Shown: in pieces, positions 36,201-45,268 of the stretch
Layout: each line of letters opens with the position of its first letter
How positions within the stretch are numbered: the stretch's first letter is position 1
Virus record (IMG/VR): IMGVR_UViG_3300045988_174992
DNA: 64,000 nt
Direction: 5' to 3' (one strand)
DNA from: a virus
Notes under the pieces: generated by a model
Told to the model about the DNA's origin: nothing
Database searches by the model: none
The model's input: only the letters and a program-made list of their open reading frames with translations
Translations under genes and position numbers: made by a program

Positions 36201-36856
36201 TTAGTAAGAACAATATACAAGTAACTGTACTTATGCCTGAAATTACACAGATATTCAATCTTCTTGTTTTCGTCTGTATAAGATATTGGTGTTATCTTTG
36301 TCCAAACATGAAGTGATTTTCCAGATGCTGACTTAGCAACTCCTAAAAACCAATGATATTTGTTGAGGTCTTCAAAAATCTTTAGTTTAAGTTCATTTGC
36401 AATCTTCTTATTCTTAATATCAATATCTATGATCTGAATTCCATTCCACATAGAAAATGACTTTTCACCAATAGGTCGATTGTTAGATGAAACTGAAAAC
36501 ACTACTTTTCTGCTTGCTTTCTCAACATTCTTATATATAGGATCCTGAACAAGCATCCAAACATCTTTCCATGACTGTACAATACCTACTTTATCATAAA
36601 TGGAATTAGTAATCAAACACGATACCATGCCAAGTACAGAATCGAGATATCTGTCTTGCTCTTCTTTAGAACATTCTTTAAAATTAACAGAAGAATATAT
36701 TTCTTGATCTGTATCTTCTTCATTTAATGCTTCATATTCTTTAGACATACAACGAAACTGTTCATAAATATCAGTCATTGCAGTCTTCCCAGAATAGCTT
36801 TCAGCAACCTTCTTGAGGTATTGTGCTATATTTAATGGATTTGAATTGTTACTCAT
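33203..36856 (-). CDS. Primase-polymerase (AEP-like) fused to SF2 helicase
   Basis: 1217 aa. AEP-like IQIIDIDIK (DxD) and AKSASGKSLHVW (sGxxxH). Helicase motifs AGAGYGKTE (I), IVLDESHL (II) and MMTGTP (III). Confidence 0.7.
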   Translation of the reverse strand: MSNNSNPLNIAQYLKKVAESYSGKTAMTDIYEQFRCMSKEYEALNEEDTDQEIYSSVNFKECSKEEQDRYLDSVLGMVSCLITNSIYDKVGIVQSWKDVWMLVQDPIYKNVEKASRKVVFSVSSNNRPIGEKSFSMWNGIQIIDIDIKNKKIANELKLKIFEDLNKYHWFLGVAKSASGKSLHVWTKITPISYTDENKKIEYLCNFRHKYSYLYIVLTKYMKEIGYTKDDIFDWLDMAMAKPQQGIFITSDSKALLSTNFIDLRLDANFETAFDTGLESIDWISHPDLKNIFAKLEWFNTENNQKKSVDITAVSDINDVDPSKCIRRHYKHAQRWQLANTLTSIYGYDKALQYMVAICDGTDYKELKGDVKTASIHDKPVSVWAIKQLNKYHGFNIKIEDDNIYKEEQKSLTTNREDEKIFKSPTDVLNDKDDNLVKLHLNKDQYLSDLKDDILKNLNHITLLEAGAGYGKTEMIKAFKAKTLLILPFTSTIKAKVETSSVTSDWLYYYGNKKPQLEDLLSNKSMSMTIDKFSRLNVMELDTAGFEYIVLDESHLIFTSSYRDVMAPTIQRLANCKAKIIMMTGTPTGEMLFFPGIKHIKVEKDDYREKSFELNMCPTKVEQMIEMAHSMAKDIKDGKKILYPTNKGNLWYDQLTGLVQQYLDDMKFGRQINCFYYKKSNYGEESMDLINFDKSIGNNDIVFCTTYLSVGVDICDKFSFSVYFNEQWIPQDIEQFANRLRNNNLYLKMFLPKKDSVGMPINYYYTQPLDLSLNQADLLLARDLIKTCNDMIERNNEESKYNPLIQSLLSTNKYLKYDENQCKYFIDETTYKLSVFEDRYATYMKQLPMMIEGLQYYGYVTNVIDHEKEISEDRLEFIEDYLKSCRHMRFNQVTVETLDFLDHVNDGNIDLYRELISGNYNIFKDDEYREMREDNNLYVKDIEIMERNVPIVLSLYKNYNIDTIKDIYKYCIDKKQNRINFSKLNRIRKFVSIEQSRRKRRLDFPILRFVKDAQKWADDTMKCTREEIDEWLKSYACKYANSVKDVVVEDKAYLEKIYDLICNLWKIIIDQSKLKNGIITIRPFEMLWNTKQEINEIYQNNITKQFFLQELIENIKIEDGNKKEETLEEYESKLPENLPHTSKYKLEQIESQLKNVIHDGYDYSDYASKDGTNKRFVEKMENTNSLRGTIFGQNLSKSEDTSYMKKVEEKNLFEDCPF

Positions 36857-36967
36857 CTAAAATTCTATCAATTGTTCTAAAACTTAAAAATCATTATATT
36901 ATGTTATGTTACTTACTTATCTTGTATCAAAATAGTAAATTGAATAAAGCTATTTCAAAATGATTTT

Positions 36968-36996
36968 AATATAGAATATATTTGTTAAAACAATCA
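36968..36996 (-). promoter_or_regulatory. Weak promoter-family variant P10 (primase gene)
   Basis: Perfect TTCTATATTAAAAT box but a degenerate upstream box (TGATTGTT). Confidence 0.3.
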
Positions 36997-37018
36997 GAAT
37001 ATATAAATAAACATAGGA

Positions 37019-37114
37019 TTCTCCAGGATAGCGCCTGGGTCACGAGATTGGCGGAAGATTGGATGTAAGTATAATTTATCAGCTTAAACATTTTTAACGT
37101 CCCTGAAGTGAAAT
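37019..37114 (+). repeat. 96-bp intergenic repeat family, copy C3
   Basis: TTCTCCAGGATAGCGCCTGGGTCACGAGATTGGCGGAAG ... TTAACGTCCCTGAAGTGAAAT. Sits in the divergent region between the primase gene and 37192. Confidence 0.8.
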
Positions 37115-37160
37115 TTAACATTAATCTTATTTAACAGACAATAAAAATTAATGAAATGAC

Positions 37161-37174
37161 AATTTTTAAATAAG
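37161..37174 (+). promoter_or_regulatory. Candidate late-type motif AATTTTTAAATAAG
   Basis: Identical 14-mer on the minus strand at 30978-30991. Sits 17 nt before ATG 37192. Confidence 0.3.
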
Positions 37175-37191
37175 TTAAATGATTGAATTCA

Positions 37192-38049
37192 ATGAGTTGT
37201 GTACAAAATACAAATAATAGTTCTCCAGCACAAAAAGAAATCTCCATGGAGGAATACAATAAGAGAAAGCATAAAATAGAAGATCAAGTAGATTACCAGT
37301 TTATTCAAAGAATCATACAAGAACTGACACAAACTTGTGCTATAAATTTACCAATGCAACCATCAGCTATTCCACCATTGATTCTTCAAGCTGCTCAATA
37401 TTTCTGGGAAAATTGTGACCAGGCGATAGAAGAACGTTGGTATTGTCTCCCATTCAGAGAGTTTACAAAATGTGGTGCTAACATGATTGCTAAGTTGCCA
37501 CCGCAAATTCTTTCAGTAAACGGATTGTACAAAGCAACAGATAGTTGGTCTTATGGTGTCATGGGCGACTTTTCTTTAGAAAGAATGATACTGAACAATT
37601 CAGCTATAGCATCTGGTGTTGGTGGAAGCTTATCTGATGTGTATGGATCAGGTGGAGGATATACATTGACTGATGTTACAGCAGCATTGTATGAACTTGA
37701 TACTTTTGACTATATTTTTAATACTCCTATAACATATAATTACAATACTTACAGTAATGATCTTGTTGTGTTAGGAGCTATCGGTCATTCTGATTTGATG
37801 CTCAATGTATATAAGAGACTTAAGATACAAGATCTGTACAAGAATTACTATTTCTTCAGATATTGTGTTTGCCTTGGCTTACGTTCTATGGCTACTATCC
37901 TTGGTACATTTGAATTTAAGTTGCCTGGTGGAGTTACTTTAAATTACAGTATATGGAGAGACATGGCCAATGAAGAAATGCAGAAGATAGATGAATGGAT
38001 TCAGAAGAATCATTCTGCTGACTACTTCATAAATACTAATACTATTTAA
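37192..38049 (+). CDS. Hypothetical protein (start trimmed from TTG 37183 to ATG 37192)
   Basis: 285-aa ORF at the head of a plus-strand block of large proteins. Confidence 0.65.
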   Translation: MSCVQNTNNSSPAQKEISMEEYNKRKHKIEDQVDYQFIQRIIQELTQTCAINLPMQPSAIPPLILQAAQYFWENCDQAIEERWYCLPFREFTKCGANMIAKLPPQILSVNGLYKATDSWSYGVMGDFSLERMILNNSAIASGVGGSLSDVYGSGGGYTLTDVTAALYELDTFDYIFNTPITYNYNTYSNDLVVLGAIGHSDLMLNVYKRLKIQDLYKNYYFFRYCVCLGLRSMATILGTFEFKLPGGVTLNYSIWRDMANEEMQKIDEWIQKNHSADYFINTNTI

Positions 38050-38050
38050 A

Positions 38051-38287
38051 ATGGACATAAAGCAAAGTTTAGATTACAAGTTTCTAGGATATCAAAAGTC
38101 AACAAATCTTGGAAGGAAAAAATATGACTATGCTAGGGATGGAATTCTCATAAGAGTTCTTCCACCTATTCTGTTCAGGGGAAACCCAACATTAGTAGCT
38201 TTCTTACAACTTATAGATATTCAACTCATCACCATGTTCAAGCATGTTGAAGCAATCAGAAAATTCAAGCACATATCATCTTATTAG
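38051..38287 (+). CDS. Small hypothetical protein
   Basis: 78 aa. Its TAG stop is in frame with the following 1172-aa ORF (only TAG-ACA separates them). Confidence 0.5.
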   Translation: MDIKQSLDYKFLGYQKSTNLGRKKYDYARDGILIRVLPPILFRGNPTLVAFLQLIDIQLITMFKHVEAIRKFKHISSY

Positions 38288-38290
38288 ACA

Positions 38291-41200
38291 ATGGAATTCA
38301 TCGATCATACAGGACATATATACTCATTGAAGGATTGGCAAAATGAACCAATAGGATATGAATATGAAATAGGAAATTATGTAGACTGGTTCACTTCAGA
38401 TACAACTTCTCACAAGCTTAGTACAGACAGATACTATATTAAGCCTGTAAGAATCATAGTGAATTCTAATGACTTTATATCTGTAAAGATTAATAATGGT
38501 GGTAAATATGAATATGATATGAATGTTCCACATTTCTGGTTGCTAAGCTCTGCATACATACAGGATTGTATAGAGAACAACAGTAACATATTTGATCCTC
38601 TCAATATAGAAGAAAGTGAATTTCGTGATGAACTTTATACATACGATTTAACAGTAATAGATAATGTAGAAGTAGAAGGAAGAGAATCAACTGTATCAGT
38701 AGCTACATTTTATGTTGTCACACTAAGTCAAGAAGAAACTACTTGGCTAACTAATATCCTCATTCATATAACTACAGGAGAAGATTACAATGACAATATC
38801 TGGTGTCCTTATACTGTAGGTGCTGAATTCCACATGGAAGATAGTGAGCTTATCATAAATGGTAAGAATATGGGAATAAACATTCCTAAGGATCTAATGA
38901 AGTCAATATATTTTACTGATGTAAAATCTGACAGAATAGATGAAGAAGAATATTCTTATAAGTTAAAAGAACTTCTTCTAAACTATATGCATATTAGAGG
39001 AGAATGTGGAAACTATGAATCAGCTAAAGATTCTCTTGATTGGTTTGGCTATGGAAATCATATTACCATAAGAGGACTCAACCAAACTGACAACCAATTC
39101 TTAGAGCAATATATACAAGACAATTTTGATACTTTGTCTGACAATCTTTGGTCTTGGCAACATTTCAGAAAAGCTTCTGCTTATTCTATATGGATGGATA
39201 TAGACAGATATACAGAAGTTCTAGACAAGCAGTACTGGACAGAAGAGCTTATAGGAGAAGGTAAGCCTATTTCAGAAAACTTGTTTGATAAGATGGTTTA
39301 TGATAAGTTTGATGAACAAGACATAAAATTCTGGCGACCTTACTACAATTGGAGACTAGAAGATATGTACATAAAGATGTCGATGGTAGAGTATTACTGG
39401 AAGAAGTACTTCTTACCTATAATGACGACTATATCATCTAGTATGAAGCAACATTGCTGGATGAATGACATCAAATATATAGTAAGTCCTAGCATTCATG
39501 TTACAGAAACTCCTACTTGGATTGGAAGCACCAATACTTCCGTAAGATTTCAAGGATCTGATATAGTTTACATATACAACCAAGAATCTTACTTTGATGA
39601 ATGCTATAATGAGTTTTCAAATTCTGAAACATTAGGAAAGACAACAGAAAATCCAACAATATATATCAATGATATTTGTGCTAAGGTGCCAATTTGTTTC
39701 TTATCAAATGAAGATGAAGATTTCTTTGATGTAACTTTGGTACTTACAAAAGAGGGTAAGAAAATATATAGCTCATCATTCAGTTTCTTCCAACGAAAAG
39801 ATGATGTTGCTTATAAGAACTTCGTAATGATACCAAAGTCATTAGTAAAGTCATTCAATATGACTTATTGGATAGATAAGAAATACAGATTGTCAGTAAA
39901 CTGTAATGGAAACTGGTATTACTATGACTTCATGTTGAAAGCACCAGAATTCCAGTTGAAAGTAGGTACTTTAGAATACAAATATTTCAATTATACAGAA
40001 GTAAAAGAACTTAAACCTGGAGAAGAAGGATATCGAGATCCTAATGATCCAGAATTCGACAGTATGACAGAATCAGAGAAAGCAAACATAAATCTGTATA
40101 CAACAGAAAAATCATTGTTTTCACAGATAAAGTCTATAGAAGATGACTCAGTAAACTTCAATTCTTATATGTACCTTCCTGGATTAGCAGAAGTGAATGA
40201 CATAAGATTCTTTGACAAGTTGAAGTATATGATAGACAATGCTTCTTCTAATACTTCAAATAGTAATTCTAATAATGCTTCTACTAATACAATGAACAAT
40301 TTCTGCAACTATATTGCTTCTAAATGCTACATATATAATTTAGGAGTAAAGAACAGTAAAGTTGTATATAAGAAAGGAAATTCTGTCATCCCAATATTCA
40401 TGTTCAATAATGGTCTTGATATACCTGATAACCAAGGATATTCTTTAAGCAAATTCTATGTAGATGTATTGTTTGATGTGGACTCTAATAATGAATATTA
40501 TGCTAAGATAAGATTAGATTTGAATGATCTGAGTACTACAAAACCTAATGAATGTGTCAATCTTCATGAATATACTATATCAAACAATGATTTGATAATG
40601 ATGAAGAAAGATATTGGTTTAGGTGACCCAGCTTACAACAAGCAAGGAAATATTGATTGGGATGCAACTTCTGACAAATGGAAGCTTTTCTATATAGATG
40701 AACATCTTAGACACAAGTCAACAGTAACTATACGATTAGCTACTACAGGTGAAATAAAGCTACCAAATGGAAAAACTTATGAATTTGGTGGATATACTTT
40801 GTCAGGTGTTCCTAGAATATATCAAGATATTGCTATTCCTATCTGGAATACTAGTTCAGATTCAGTATGCAATATGGAATGCAACTGTCCTTGGAAATCT
40901 GAATGTAAGTTTAGAGGAGATTATGTAAAGACAGATTATGATTCTACTCCTAAATTAGATGAAGTAGACATGAACATGAGGCAAGAAATCACATCAGAAA
41001 ATGTAAAGAAGTCTATAGATTCACTTATCAATAGCATGAGGCAAACCGTGTCTACATCTAACAACAAAAAATATCTGAACAGAATGCATATCTATGATTT
41101 GTATTTGTATAAGATGAATGATGTAGAAAAAAGAAAGAGACTTGGTTTGAATATAAGTAAGATATCAAAACTTAAGTACAATAGTAAGATATATGATACC

Positions 41201-41809
41201 AAGTGGTATTCTCCAAACCACTGGGAACAACCTTCTGAACTGGTAGAACTCTATAGAATGTTCTTTAATGATGATGGTACAGAAAAGTTCAGTATAGGAG
41301 ATGACAATGCATTCAATTATGATTTCTATCTTATGCATGATGACACTAATTGGTTTGCTGTTCTCATATCGCAAGATACAGAAGACAAACTTATTGGTGA
41401 CATGGATTTAGATCCTCATGACAAGATAGAATATTGTCCGGATGATGAAACAAAGATTGTAATGAAAAAATACAGATCATCTGATACTTTCTTAATAAAC
41501 AGAATGGTATTGGAAGAAAAATATCCAGTAAATCATTTTAAAGAAGATGACTTGATATTCGCTAGTATTGACAATGTGAAATTCCCATTCATATTGGATA
41601 AGACGACTAAATGGTCAGTAAAGAATTTGTCATTGTTGAATAAGAACAAGCCATCTATAACTTCTAATTCTAATGCTATGATACTTAGCTTATATGATGA
41701 AGCTTCTAAGAATGTTTCAGGTTATTATAATATAGATGTAAGATACAGCATAGAAGGAAATGTTGACCACCAACAGAAAAAACATACAAGAATACTTATA
41801 GAAAAATGA
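38291..41809 (+). CDS. Very large hypothetical protein (virion-type)
   Basis: 1172-aa ORF. No catalytic motif seen. The stop overlaps the next start (ATGA). Confidence 0.75.
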   Translation: MEFIDHTGHIYSLKDWQNEPIGYEYEIGNYVDWFTSDTTSHKLSTDRYYIKPVRIIVNSNDFISVKINNGGKYEYDMNVPHFWLLSSAYIQDCIENNSNIFDPLNIEESEFRDELYTYDLTVIDNVEVEGRESTVSVATFYVVTLSQEETTWLTNILIHITTGEDYNDNIWCPYTVGAEFHMEDSELIINGKNMGINIPKDLMKSIYFTDVKSDRIDEEEYSYKLKELLLNYMHIRGECGNYESAKDSLDWFGYGNHITIRGLNQTDNQFLEQYIQDNFDTLSDNLWSWQHFRKASAYSIWMDIDRYTEVLDKQYWTEELIGEGKPISENLFDKMVYDKFDEQDIKFWRPYYNWRLEDMYIKMSMVEYYWKKYFLPIMTTISSSMKQHCWMNDIKYIVSPSIHVTETPTWIGSTNTSVRFQGSDIVYIYNQESYFDECYNEFSNSETLGKTTENPTIYINDICAKVPICFLSNEDEDFFDVTLVLTKEGKKIYSSSFSFFQRKDDVAYKNFVMIPKSLVKSFNMTYWIDKKYRLSVNCNGNWYYYDFMLKAPEFQLKVGTLEYKYFNYTEVKELKPGEEGYRDPNDPEFDSMTESEKANINLYTTEKSLFSQIKSIEDDSVNFNSYMYLPGLAEVNDIRFFDKLKYMIDNASSNTSNSNSNNASTNTMNNFCNYIASKCYIYNLGVKNSKVVYKKGNSVIPIFMFNNGLDIPDNQGYSLSKFYVDVLFDVDSNNEYYAKIRLDLNDLSTTKPNECVNLHEYTISNNDLIMMKKDIGLGDPAYNKQGNIDWDATSDKWKLFYIDEHLRHKSTVTIRLATTGEIKLPNGKTYEFGGYTLSGVPRIYQDIAIPIWNTSSDSVCNMECNCPWKSECKFRGDYVKTDYDSTPKLDEVDMNMRQEITSENVKKSIDSLINSMRQTVSTSNNKKYLNRMHIYDLYLYKMNDVEKRKRLGLNISKISKLKYNSKIYDTKWYSPNHWEQPSELVELYRMFFNDDGTEKFSIGDDNAFNYDFYLMHDDTNWFAVLISQDTEDKLIGDMDLDPHDKIEYCPDDETKIVMKKYRSSDTFLINRMVLEEKYPVNHFKEDDLIFASIDNVKFPFILDKTTKWSVKNLSLLNKNKPSITSNSNAMILSLYDEASKNVSGYYNIDVRYSIEGNVDHQQKKHTRILIEK

Positions 41810-42321
41810 AAAGTTTAACTAATTACATTTATGAAAGCATAAATAATGTATCAGAACAGTTCCAAAGCAATAGTTCTAATAAAAATGGAATGTTCTTACA
41901 TAAAGATGGATTACGCCAATCAGAAGACTTTAATTTCAACCCAGGTGAAAAGGCATTATGCATTGCTTATGATACTGATGGATATCGTATTCAAATCCGT
42001 GGCATATTAGAAATTGCTAAAGTCCTTAAGAGTAGTATTAAAGTTAAGGCTACTACAGATGATGGAACTGAATTTTATAATAAAATGAAATTTGATAATA
42101 CAGGTATTGCCATTGTGAAGACAAACAGCAAGTATCGCGGTAAATCTGTAAAATATTATGTTCTCTACAATAAAGATCTTATTGACAGTGAAAAGGATGG
42201 TAAAGATATTAAAGAAATATTAGATAAAGGTACATGTTCTTGGGGATTTGATCTTCCAGAAAATAAAGAATTAAGAAAGGATTATATCAAAAACCTCAAA
42301 AAGTATCTTAAAGAAATCTAA
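41806..42321 (+). CDS. Hypothetical protein with CTS-like leader (MKSLTNYIYE)
   Basis: 171 aa. Translationally coupled to 38291-41809. Confidence 0.65.
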   Translation: MKSLTNYIYESINNVSEQFQSNSSNKNGMFLHKDGLRQSEDFNFNPGEKALCIAYDTDGYRIQIRGILEIAKVLKSSIKVKATTDDGTEFYNKMKFDNTGIAIVKTNSKYRGKSVKYYVLYNKDLIDSEKDGKDIKEILDKGTCSWGFDLPENKELRKDYIKNLKKYLKEI

Positions 42322-42325
42322 GTAA

Positions 42326-42766
42326 ATGAAAAGTTTAACTAACTATATTTGCGAAGCTATGAAGAAGAAATTCAATGGCTTCGCAATTCTCAAACCAGAA
42401 TTCTTGGATATCAAAGATGATTTTGAAGATATGTTAGAAGATGCTGGTTGGGATATAACTAACTATAAGACTATAAAGATGAACTTGGATGAAGCAAGAG
42501 AGCTTTATAAAGTACATGAAAAGGAAGATTTCTATGATGATCTTTGTCATTACATGAGTTCAGGTAACTGTATAGCTTACAAACTTTATAAAGATTGTAA
42601 AGACCCTATAAAAGACTTGAAGAAAGTAAAAGATGAAGTAAGAGACAAATATGGTAAAGATGATATGAAGAACTGCATGCATAGTTCTGATTCTAAAGAA
42701 AATGTGGAAAGAGAAGCAGATATCTGTTTCAAAATAAATAATGAACTAGACAAAGATGAAGATTAA
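42326..42766 (+). CDS. ndk: Nucleoside-diphosphate-kinase-like protein with CTS-like leader (MKSLTNYICE)
   Basis: GFAILKPEF (compare ERTFIAIKPDG), HYMSSGNCIAYKL (compare YMxSGPVVAMV), NCMHSSDSKENVEREADICF (compare NxxHGSDSxxSAxREIxxWF, active-site His). Confidence 0.65.
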   Translation: MKSLTNYICEAMKKKFNGFAILKPEFLDIKDDFEDMLEDAGWDITNYKTIKMNLDEARELYKVHEKEDFYDDLCHYMSSGNCIAYKLYKDCKDPIKDLKKVKDEVRDKYGKDDMKNCMHSSDSKENVEREADICFKINNELDKDED

Positions 42767-42899
42767 ATGCAACAATTGTGGTAATGAAATAGATTTGACA
42801 GATTATTTCATCAACGAAAGAGCTCATGTTCCTTATATTGTAAAATGTAATGAATGTGATTCATCTGTTTCATACATACCAAATAAGGATGGCTATTAA
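42756..42899 (+). CDS. Small zinc-ribbon protein (47 aa, below the ORF-track cutoff)
   Basis: MKIKCNNCGNEIDLTDYFINERAHVPYIVKCNECDSSVSYIPNKDGY has two CxxC pairs. Overlaps the ndk-like stop by 11 nt and ends inside the terminator. Confidence 0.45.
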   Translation: MKIKCNNCGNEIDLTDYFINERAHVPYIVKCNECDSSVSYIPNKDGY

Positions 42900-42916
42900 G
42901 CCATCCTTTTATTTTA
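42885..42916. terminator. Bidirectional intrinsic terminator
   Basis: AAGGATGGCT-ATTA-AGCCATCCTT followed by TTTTATTTTA. Lies between convergent genes. Confidence 0.75.
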
Positions 42917-43270
42917 TTCTTCTGGATCAAGTTTCTGGTTTGCATCTGAAGCATACCAAATAACCATTCTCATTGTTTTTGCAACAGCATATTCTACTTG
43001 GCATCCTTTAGAATCATTATATCCTTTACATAAATAGATATAGTCACATTCAAGCAAATCTTTGATATCTTCACCTAAATGCCAAGACCAAGGATGCGTA
43101 GGAGCATTAGGGTCTAGGCCATTCTCATCGAAATCATCAATATTGGTAGGACCATAAATCAATGCATCTGGATATTCTTTTCTAATCTCTTCTACAGCTT
43201 TATCATATCTCTTTCTTACTGATTTCTGATGATAAGCCATAGGTAAGCTAACATAAAATTTTAGTGCCAT
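42914..43270 (-). CDS. DUF4406 / nucleoside 2-deoxyribosyltransferase-like protein
   Basis: 118 aa. Pattern FYVSLPM...WSWHLGEDIKDLLECDYIYLCKGYNDSKGCQVEYAVAK resembles the family layout (recalled, not searched). Confidence 0.45.
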   Translation of the reverse strand: MALKFYVSLPMAYHQKSVRKRYDKAVEEIRKEYPDALIYGPTNIDDFDENGLDPNAPTHPWSWHLGEDIKDLLECDYIYLCKGYNDSKGCQVEYAVAKTMRMVIWYASDANQKLDPEE

Positions 43271-43285
43271 TTTAACATTTTTAAA

Positions 43286-44623
43286 TTACATAAAATAATT
43301 TCTATTCTCTTCAATATAATCAGGATAGACACCATCTAATGCATTCTTAAGAAAATCTTCCACTTTGGTTGCAACACCATTAATAAGACCTTCTACTATA
43401 TCATTAGGTACCATTCTGAAGAAATGGATCTCATTAGCAGGCTTGAACTTATCATCCATGAATATAACCATAGTAATACCATTAGCATAACCTGCTGCTT
43501 TTATCTTATTCATATTAATTACATTGAATGGAATAGCAGATGGTCTTGGTATAGAAACCATCGAACCATCTGTATTCATGTAATTCAACTTATTAGGATT
43601 CAACTTAACAATTTTCAACATAGAATTTTCATAATTTGGATTAGGAATTTGTTCGACCTTGTCTAGTGTACCATACTTGTTCAAGTACTTTTCAAAATCA
43701 CCATGCTTAATCTTGAATATGATACGATCACCATTCTTACGAAGCAATCCATCTGGTGTCTTCAATACAAGACCTTCTGCTACATAGCTATCATCTTCTG
43801 CTAATGGATCCTTAAAACCCTTCTTAACATAATCGATAGCTTCATCAATAGTAAACTGCCCAATACTAATTACCTTAGGAATTCCAATCTCATCAAGAAT
43901 TGCATCTCGTTCTGGAGTATTCAAATAAACTGAAGAACCATCTCTGTTAGTTACCTTAACATCAAAAGCTCTGAAACTTACACTATCCTTAAGATATCTG
44001 CATCCGGACTTACCAATCTTCTTTCCATAACCTTCACCATAGATAGTGAACATCTTAGGCAATGTACAATTCTCTTCATCAACCATATAGTCATCAACAA
44101 CGATGGCATCTGGATCATCAAATGGCTTCTGATTAAGAGTATGACAACCAAATTTCTTAATATATCCACGTTCAAGCATCCAATCAACGTTTTCCTGAAT
44201 ATTCAATCCAGTTTCAAAATCTCTTGTACACATGTAAGATTCTGGAAGTCTAAATGCTTTAAAAATCTTACCTACAAGGTCACCATTACCTTCTAGCTTC
44301 TTACCATCAGATGAAACATAAGTATTCCACATGAAGTCATCAAGAATAGGTGGAATATTAGCATTGTCTGTCTTACCCTTAATACCAATTCCACATGACA
44401 ATGATACAGTACCATGACAAAGCTTATCTGTAATCTGTGGATAAACTTCAATACGCATGTTTGTACCATCAATCTTGATAGTGGCATCAAACTTACAATT
44501 TCTCAACCATTCAAACTCTGGAAGAGTAAAATTATCATAAGGCATGATAATGTTGTTGATATCACGCTTGAAGATAGTATTAATCTTCTGATATGTATTT
44601 TCTGATCTCTTTTGCTTTCCCAT
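43286..44623 (-). CDS. ATP-dependent RNA ligase-like nucleotidyltransferase
   Basis: Motif I IKIDGTN (KxDG), EGYG (III-like), AEGLVLKTPDG (IV), IIFKIKHGDF (V). 445 aa. Confidence 0.7.
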   Translation of the reverse strand: MGKQKRSENTYQKINTIFKRDINNIIMPYDNFTLPEFEWLRNCKFDATIKIDGTNMRIEVYPQITDKLCHGTVSLSCGIGIKGKTDNANIPPILDDFMWNTYVSSDGKKLEGNGDLVGKIFKAFRLPESYMCTRDFETGLNIQENVDWMLERGYIKKFGCHTLNQKPFDDPDAIVVDDYMVDEENCTLPKMFTIYGEGYGKKIGKSGCRYLKDSVSFRAFDVKVTNRDGSSVYLNTPERDAILDEIGIPKVISIGQFTIDEAIDYVKKGFKDPLAEDDSYVAEGLVLKTPDGLLRKNGDRIIFKIKHGDFEKYLNKYGTLDKVEQIPNPNYENSMLKIVKLNPNKLNYMNTDGSMVSIPRPSAIPFNVINMNKIKAAGYANGITMVIFMDDKFKPANEIHFFRMVPNDIVEGLINGVATKVEDFLKNALDGVYPDYIEENRNYFM

Positions 44624-44643
44624 GATTTATTTAATTTAAAATT

Positions 44644-44913
44644 TTAATTTCCTTCTCTGGATACAATCTCAAGATGTGGAATAGTTACCTTGACCAACTG
44701 ATTTGCATATCTAAGGCAAGTACCAGATTCATAAACTTTCACTGGTTCACTATCATTATTAGTTTCTGTTCCAAACTGATGGTATAGACAACGAATCTTT
44801 ACTTTAGTTGGGCAGAACTTCATGATATATCCAAGATGTGTATCTGTTTCCTGGTCACCATAAACTACAATATCACCTACATTCAAATAATTGTTTAAAA
44901 CATCTCTATGCAT
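44644..44913 (-). CDS. Hypothetical protein
   Basis: 89-aa ORF. Confidence 0.6.
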   Translation of the reverse strand: MHRDVLNNYLNVGDIVVYGDQETDTHLGYIMKFCPTKVKIRCLYHQFGTETNNDSEPVKVYESGTCLRYANQLVKVTIPHLEIVSREGN

Positions 44914-44925
44914 GATAAATGAATT

Positions 44926-45210
44926 TTAATTGAACATATCATCTGATTCCTGTGTCTCGATAGAAACCAATGATTCCTCCTGAAATGAACGCCAAGCTGA
45001 CTTATCCAAATCAAAGTAAGCAATTACACCAGTCTTTGGAGTACCTTCACCTGATGGAATTGCATTTTCATCAATGGATTTAATCCTATCAATTTTCTTT
45101 GTACCTCTAGCATGTCTAAGTTCACCATTCTTTTTCCTATAAGAAAAATTAACTACATTTTCTGTTTTAAGAATGTGATTTAACTTTTGCAATAAACTTT
45201 CTTTATTCAT
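44926..45210 (-). CDS. DUF2693-like (SH3-fold) protein, start trimmed
   Basis: VNFSYRKKNGELRHARGT...GVIAYFDLDKSAWRSFQ matches the DUF2693 pattern (recalled). The ORF-track ATG at 45234 lies 4 nt after the promoter box, so ATG 45210 (MNKESLL) is preferred. Confidence 0.55.
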   Translation of the reverse strand: MNKESLLQKLNHILKTENVVNFSYRKKNGELRHARGTKKIDRIKSIDENAIPSGEGTPKTGVIAYFDLDKSAWRSFQEESLVSIETQESDDMFN

Positions 45211-45238
45211 AATTATTATAATTTTGTTTGACATATAT

Positions 45239-45267
45239 AATATAGAAACAAATAAAGAAATTTCAAA
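45239..45267 (-). promoter_or_regulatory. Promoter-family member P11
   Basis: Minus strand reads TTTGAAATTTCTTTATTTGTTTCTATATT. Confidence 0.7.
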
Positions 45268-45268
45268 A

